64,000 nucleotides of DNA. Origin: Hormiphora californensis (Eukaryota > Animalia > Ctenophora). Position numbers and translations under genes: made by a program. The stretch spans positions 7,502,001-7,566,000 of the forward strand of contig CM035356.1 of assembly GCA_020137815.1 (NCBI GenBank), written 5' to 3'. Below are positions 58,375 through 64,000 of the stretch, piece after piece (the stretch's first letter is position 1; each line of letters begins with the position of its first letter). The notes under the pieces are model-generated. The model was not told where the DNA came from. It worked only from the letters and a program-made list of their open reading frames with translations, and did not search any database.

Positions 58375-61300
58375 GGAGAGAAAGAGGAAGTCGGGAGATT
58401 GGAGAAGGGGGAGTTAGGAACCAGAAACAATTCAAGTCTATCTTACCGACGGAAAGCCGGACTGCCAACTCTAGATTGCTGTATTGTGTACAAATACGAA
58501 TAGTGGCGGCTGCATCCTCCTTTTTGCAAAGTTTCAACAGCCAAAACGGTACGGGGTAGGGAGCTGATAGGACTTGAGATAGGACCTGGAAAAATGGACA
58601 TTTTAAATTTAATTTAGTTTCTCAATGATGAATCTGTGAAAAAATGAAAATTCCCCTTGTTGAAAATACCAAATCTGATAAGACCATTAAAATACCTGTT
58701 TTAGGTTTTCCCAAGTTGGTTGTTTTTCGACTTGTTGCTGCAAGTACAACCATGCCCTCTCTACTGTTCCCATCTCATCTGTACTGTTGACCTCATTGTA
58801 GGACAACCAATCACTGCAACCTGGTGGGATTTAGGAATAGTGGGTCGAGAAACTCACTAAACCGAGAGACCTGTTTCCCGTGCGGGAGCGGTGAAACAGG
58901 GTCGAGCAAGGCAACCCAGCGCCCTTCACAACCACGTAAAACCACTGAAAACAATTCACTACTTACTTGATTGGGAGGGTTGTTTGGCAAGGGTGATACA
59001 TCGAGTAGTAAGGGAGGCGAGTGGGGCAGGGAGGCTGTGGTATTGGGCCAACAGGAACGCCTGATCATACAGCCCACAACTACACAGCAAACCAAGCACC
59101 TGGGTGAGAGTGTGGGAGTGTGAGAAATGGGAATTTGATTTCCGGGGGTTCTCGGTTATTATACTACGTTCATACTTGTTTTGTTCAAACCCATTTTATT
59201 TATATAGATGGGCCCAGCAAGTTCCAATAAATACCGATTCATATCTCTAGACTCTAACCTCGGAAGGAGACAAATTGTGGAGTTTAGCTGAGTCAGGTTT
59301 TATTTGGCTGATTTTTACCAGGCTATCCACCATCAGGTATCCCTTCCTTAGTTCCTCTACTGCAGGGTGATTGGGCAGGGTGTGAATGGGTGATTAGCAG
59401 GGTGAATAGGTGGTTAGCAGGTGGTCGTTAGCACTAAGAACTAAGAAGGGGGGGGGGGTGATTAGCAGTTCTTGGACTGATTACATAGAGCAGGGTGAGT
59501 AGACGCGGACGTGTGTAAAAAAGTAGAATATGTTACATGAGCTCACAATGTACTTGAATCTACCTTCACATGGATCACACTCTTTATGTGGTATGATCCA
59601 CACAATAGTGTACCTGACAGCATACCAGGTACTTAGAAGATGAGAAAGAAGTGTACCTGTAACGAGGCTAAGTTTGGTTGTTGATTTCTTAGATCTCTCA
59701 TCTCCACTCCGGGGGCGCTTAGGGGACGCGTTAACTGCAACTCTGATATCAGAAAACTGCATTGGCTCCAATATCCACGCCTGATCAACATTTGGTTAGG
59801 TCAGGAAGGCCCGTCAGGAATTAAATCATGAAATATAATTAACTTAACTATAGCTGTTGGTAAAGTTCTAGTACTAACTACCCCCAGTCCCCAAAAATAC
59901 TGAAGCAGTAACAACCTCTCTATAAAATGTGTACAACGGGGCTAAAATCTTCCACAGTGTAAAAGGGGTATGAAATCTTCTGGCACTCAATCTCATCAGC
60001 TTCTAGGAGATTCTTCTCCCCCTTGATAGTGGTATAGGCAGTACTGGCAAGACTTGCAAGATGGGAACAACACTGGTAAACTTGGTTGAAAATAACTCGA
60101 GCAAGGCAACCGAACATTTTGTATTAGAGTTTGAAGTGAGAGAGGTTGATAACGATTTCGTGTTATCTGGGAGTGTCAGATGGTCTTGCAACGTTCAAAA
60201 CCTACTCCCGTATCAAAATCACAATTGTTTCGAACCAGTTTGAAAATAAGCCCCATTACTACTGCTATACTAAGCTTGAGCATCTCTTTCTTGGTACAAA
60301 AGGGTCTAACTGTCACAATGCTAAGATTTTAATGATAACTACCCATTTCCCACACCAACTGCCAGAATGCTAAGAGTATATAACAACTCACATCCTGTGC
60401 TCGAAGGAGCTGTAGACAACTGATAGCGGAGAGATAACAGTGTAGTTGGTGCTGGAGAGACTCCGGGCCTGGTAGCTCACAGTGAAGACGTAGAGCATGC
60501 TCATAGGCAGCTGCTGCTGCATGCTGGTACATCTGAGAGGAGGGGGGATTATATCTTTATTGATAGACATTGTGTTCATATTAAATCAGAATAAAATATA
60601 TTGGAAATTCAGTTTCACACTTCAAAATACCCAAAGTCCTGGCCCTGATCTGCCGACCCCTCAATGAAATAAAATGCAGTGTGAGCTACGCAACCCAAAC
60701 CTATTTACCTTGTTCTATATAATTACACAAACCCCTACTACAATAAGTAGTATGGTCTCACTACTACTAGTATCCCTACCTTGTTCTTAACGTGGAAGGC
60801 GAACAGCAAGTTGTAATAATTCTTCTGGCTGACGGTCCGGAGGTCGGAGTTGCGGGCTTTGAACTCAATAACAGAGACCAGTTCGGATTGGAACCCATGA
60901 TAGGGGTAGTTAACCAGCCGCTTAGCGTGCCCTGATTCTACCAGTACCACCACGAACCTAGAGGGTACGGTGTAGTAGTATGTAATGGGAGGAAATACAG
61001 AGAATATAATATGTCATGTTTAACTCGATCAATTAACTAAACAACTTGATTTTCTTCATGGATCTATCCAGTTTTAAATTAGAAGTACAATGAAGGAATT
61101 AATGCAATATCGTCTAATTCTTTAATGGTAACCAATTGGTAAAGGAAATTCAGGGTCAGTAAAATTACTATAGTTCAGTAACATAAAGTCAATCTTGTAA
61201 ATCTTGTAAAACCCTTCAACTAATTCAGCTGGCAATGTGCCAAGGAACTCCCTGGCCTTGACAACCGAACTCTCTTGCCTAGGGTCAGTTGATTTGTCGT

Positions 61301-64000
61301 AAGCCCCAGCCAGGACATCATGATCAATACCCAGTTCAGTAAACAGTGGTCCTGCCATTTGACCAGCGAGCTCCAATGGTATCACGTGATCGTATCGAAT
61401 CAGGTTTGGTGAGATGTACTTCCATTGGTGCGTGAAATGTTTCTCATTTATCCCTCCTTTCCGAACTACATATGTCATGTATTCCTCAAAAGTCGGGGTA
61501 TCTTCATCCGAAATCTGTGTCCCTTTACCCCTCACCCTGTTAATTATTATCCTTCCTATGTAATCCAGTGCCCAACCCTTGGTTTCAGCACTTAGCTTCT
61601 GCCTGTAAGCAGAGACAGCTCGCACCCAAGGGTTTCTCAGAATGAGAACACTCCTGGCAGATTTGATCCGTTCATCGAATGTTGTGTTCCAGCTCCTCCT
61701 ATACTGAGGCATTCGGTACGGGTGGGACACCATATCATGAATCCACTCTGGGTCCCGTGCTATGATCCTTTCCTGTTTTGCACCAATAATCCCCTCCGCC
61801 CGTAACATAGCAATCTTCCAATTTGTACATCCGTTCTTGGGGATGGCCGTGAAGAACACGTTGACACGTGGGCAGTAGTAGGTTTGAGGCTGGACCACAG
61901 CAGTGTAGTTGGAGGGTGGGGTATAGTCACTGTTTAGTGCTGCGTACGCTCTGTCCATCTGTAGAGCGATCCATTTTTGACTAGGTATAGGGATCACATC
62001 ACTGGGTACGGCCACGGGGAGGTCATTAATGGGTACGGGAAGTTGTTCACCGGTGAATGTTTCTTGTTCATGGCTGGGGATGTCACTACTGGGCTGTTCT
62101 TGTTGTTGAGCGCCCACTTCCAATCTTCGGCTGCTGCTGTTATCACCACTGGGTGTTTCTTGTTCATAGCTGGGCTCCCCGGTTGGGCGAACAGTTCCAG
62201 TCGGTACTTCAGTGGCTTCCGTAAAGAAATCAGCTGAGTCACGATGTTGGAATGACTCTGTTTTGTCCCGTGTCACAGCTCCAGATCCAACTAGCTGGTC
62301 AGGATCACTTCTTAGGTTAAAAAGCAAAATAAGAAGAGTACAAGTGGTCAGTAGGCAAACACAGCGTCGTTTTGATATCAACATTGCATTACAGGGTGTA
62401 AAAGAAAATGTACTTTAGGGTCTACCAAGTGAACATCATGAAATAGTGTGCAATAATTATGCAACCACCCATTCACCACACTAAATGCTTGGCCTTAGGT
62501 TCAAAGGAAGAGCGGTTATTTTGATCTACTGAACCCTCACAGAGCGTGCTCTGTTCAAAGGAACAGGCTAGGCTACAGCAGCTATTGGCTGACTTGTGCA
62601 GCCTCCGAAACAACAAATAATGGCAATAATTATGTCGAAACTAAATGTACCTCAACAAATACGGTGCGATAACTAAATGAACCTCAACAATGACGTCATA
62701 TGTACCTCTTTAAACAGGCATGTTTCTGTGAGGAACACGGGTTGTCCCCCATCGCTCGGTAAGCAGTATCATACTCCCCAGCCTCCAGAGCATGTTTGAA
62801 TGCAAGAGAAAAGAGGAGAGGGTGGTGGGTGCTATCAGTGAATTGGGTTGCCTCAGTTGCAAGGGATACTATAGAGGTATGGAGAGAGGATCGTTCCAGC
62901 ATGGTGATACATTTGAGAATGTATTGGAGGGAGAGGGTCACCTTCGGGTCTGGTGTACCTGAGGGAGGTAGATCTGTTATATTTGGCTGTTAGGGTGTGT
63001 GGGGTTGAACCCCTTGTAGTTGGGGTGTGCAGTGGGTCTGAGAAAATATTATTCGAAAACAAAGCTTGTAAAAATTATCCTTGAAATGGTTTACGAAGGA
63101 GCAGTTGGTTGCCTTACCAACAAATATTTTGAGTAGCTCGCTAGACAAATCAATAGTTTTTGCCACACTTATAAACATCCCCACCGCAGTTGGGTGGTCT
63201 CCCGTTGCTGCGTACGCCTGGGCTGCGAGATGTGTCAGAGCCGGTCGTGTGTCCTCCGCTTTACGGTAGTACTCCTGAGAAATGATACATGTTTCAAATC
63301 TATATCCCGTCTTGTGTACGTATTTGACCCAAAACCATCCGACACATCAAATGATTTGATCTGATGGTTTTATTTACTCTCAGAGAAAACTATACCTTAC
63401 TCACTGTAAATCAGCGAACCTAAAATTAAGAATATGGCCAAAAAATATTCTTAATTTTGTTATTCTTAATTTTAGAGTTCCTTATTTTTCTACAATCTGA
63501 TGAGGGAAAGCGTATCATGGAGAGTGGCTAGAGAGCATCTGGCATCATTGATGCGTTGAAGTCTGAAGAGTGCACGTAGTGACAGTGTTGTAAATGATTT
63601 AGTTGACCCCTTTGCTTCAATGGCAATTTGAAACAAGTATAGATTGTATTTTAGCCTTTTTATCCAAATTTTGGTCATATTCTTCGCTAGAAAATTTATT
63701 CTTAATTATGTTATTCTTAATTTTAGAAGCGATAATTAACGGTTCGCTGATTTACAGTGAGTAAGGTATGCAACAGATAAGGAATATTACCTTGAGAAGT
63801 TCAAAGTACTGTGAAGTCAGTAGGAACTGTGGTAAATCCAACATCTCATTTCCAGGGTAGAGCGACCTAATCAGGTCCATAACCAAACTGCCAACATCCC
63901 CTAAAGACTCATACTGAACCCCTGGTTGTCTACAGGCCAGGAAATGATGGAGGATGGTTGCGGGTTTATCTTCCTCTCCTCCATCCTCTCCAATGGTTAG
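57659..64000 (-). CDS. NUP160: Nuclear pore complex protein Nup160, 3' exons (gene continues beyond the window)
   Basis: Exons encode FKHALEAGEYDTAYRAM..CLKR|FVVVLVE..YPY..VIEFKARNSDL..NYYNLLFAFH|..CYLSAISCLQLL..|AWILEP..SPKR and PVYLPYTVFDQ, matching the NUP160 C-terminal helical region. The last exon, 57820-57659, ends ..VAMAT*. Confidence 0.85.
57947..58152. repeat. 11-13-bp minisatellite (tgtgacaaatg)
   Basis: Tandem array in a NUP160 intron. Confidence 0.9.
61122..62384 (-). CDS. Golgi carbohydrate sulfotransferase (CHST8-14/HNK-1ST family), intronless, nested in a NUP160 intron
   Basis: Type II membrane anchor, a low-complexity stem, 5'-PSB IPKNGCTNWK, 3'-PB RNPWVRAVSAY, HFTHQ and the C-terminal IYKIDFMLLNY. 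Confidence 0.92.
   Translation of the reverse strand: MLISKRRCVCLLTTCTLLILLFNLRSDPDQLVGSGAVTRDKTESFQHRDSADFFTEATEVPTGTVRPTGEPSYEQETPSGDNSSSRRLEVGAQQQEQPSSDIPSHEQETFTGEQLPVPINDLPVAVPSDVIPIPSQKWIALQMDRAYAALNSDYTPPSNYTAVVQPQTYYCPRVNVFFTAIPKNGCTNWKIAMLRAEGIIGAKQERIIARDPEWIHDMVSHPYRMPQYRRSWNTTFDERIKSARSVLILRNPWVRAVSAYRQKLSAETKGWALDYIGRIIINRVRGKGTQISDEDTPTFEEYMTYVVRKGGINEKHFTHQWKYISPNLIRYDHVIPLELAGQMAGPLFTELGIDHDVLAGAYDKSTDPRQESSVVKAREFLGTLPAELVEGFYKIYKIDFMLLNYSNFTDPEFPLPIGYH
63392..63769. mobile_element. MITE in a NUP160 intron
   Basis: TIRs ataccttactcactgtaaatcagcgaacc / ggttcgctgatttacagtgagtaaggtat. Confidence 0.85.

Noticed and set aside
59920-60283. Possible second nested gene in a NUP160 intron
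   Set aside because: Only short frames with stops and no recognisable motif; an in-frame TGA has no SECIS support that I can see.

Overview
Gene-dense eukaryotic (animal) genomic DNA with short spliceosomal introns, abundant (GA/CT)n microsatellites and many palindromic MITEs. A ctenophore such as Pleurobrachia is my guess, from recall of its small repeat families; this is not verified. Genes left to right: a calmodulin-like gene (+) with an RTE-X-type LINE in intron 2; a Jupiter/HN1-like PGG-motif gene (-) whose first splice donor is amplified into a 41-bp satellite; a secreted multidomain protein (+); and a co-oriented minus-strand run NUP160 (3' part, with an intronless sulfotransferase nested in an intron) > RRM1 > intronless CNOT3 > DNAJA. 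About 5.8-18.9 kb appears twice with a strong error gradient and is probably a haplotype/assembly duplication. Main discovery candidate: the ribonucleotide reductase large-subunit gene carries two intact, phase-compatible, mutually exclusive versions of the segment encoding the C218-equivalent cysteine, the dimer helices and specificity-site loops 1 and 2. It also has a candidate alternative 121-aa low-complexity C-terminus lacking the CxxC shuttle. Other highlights: a full-length (GA)n-targeting R4/Dong-like LINE in an RRM1 intron with an HDV-like ribozyme at its 5' end, and an operon-like layout suggestive of SL trans-splicing. Exon structures were read by hand, and several single-base frameshifts look like sequencing errors.
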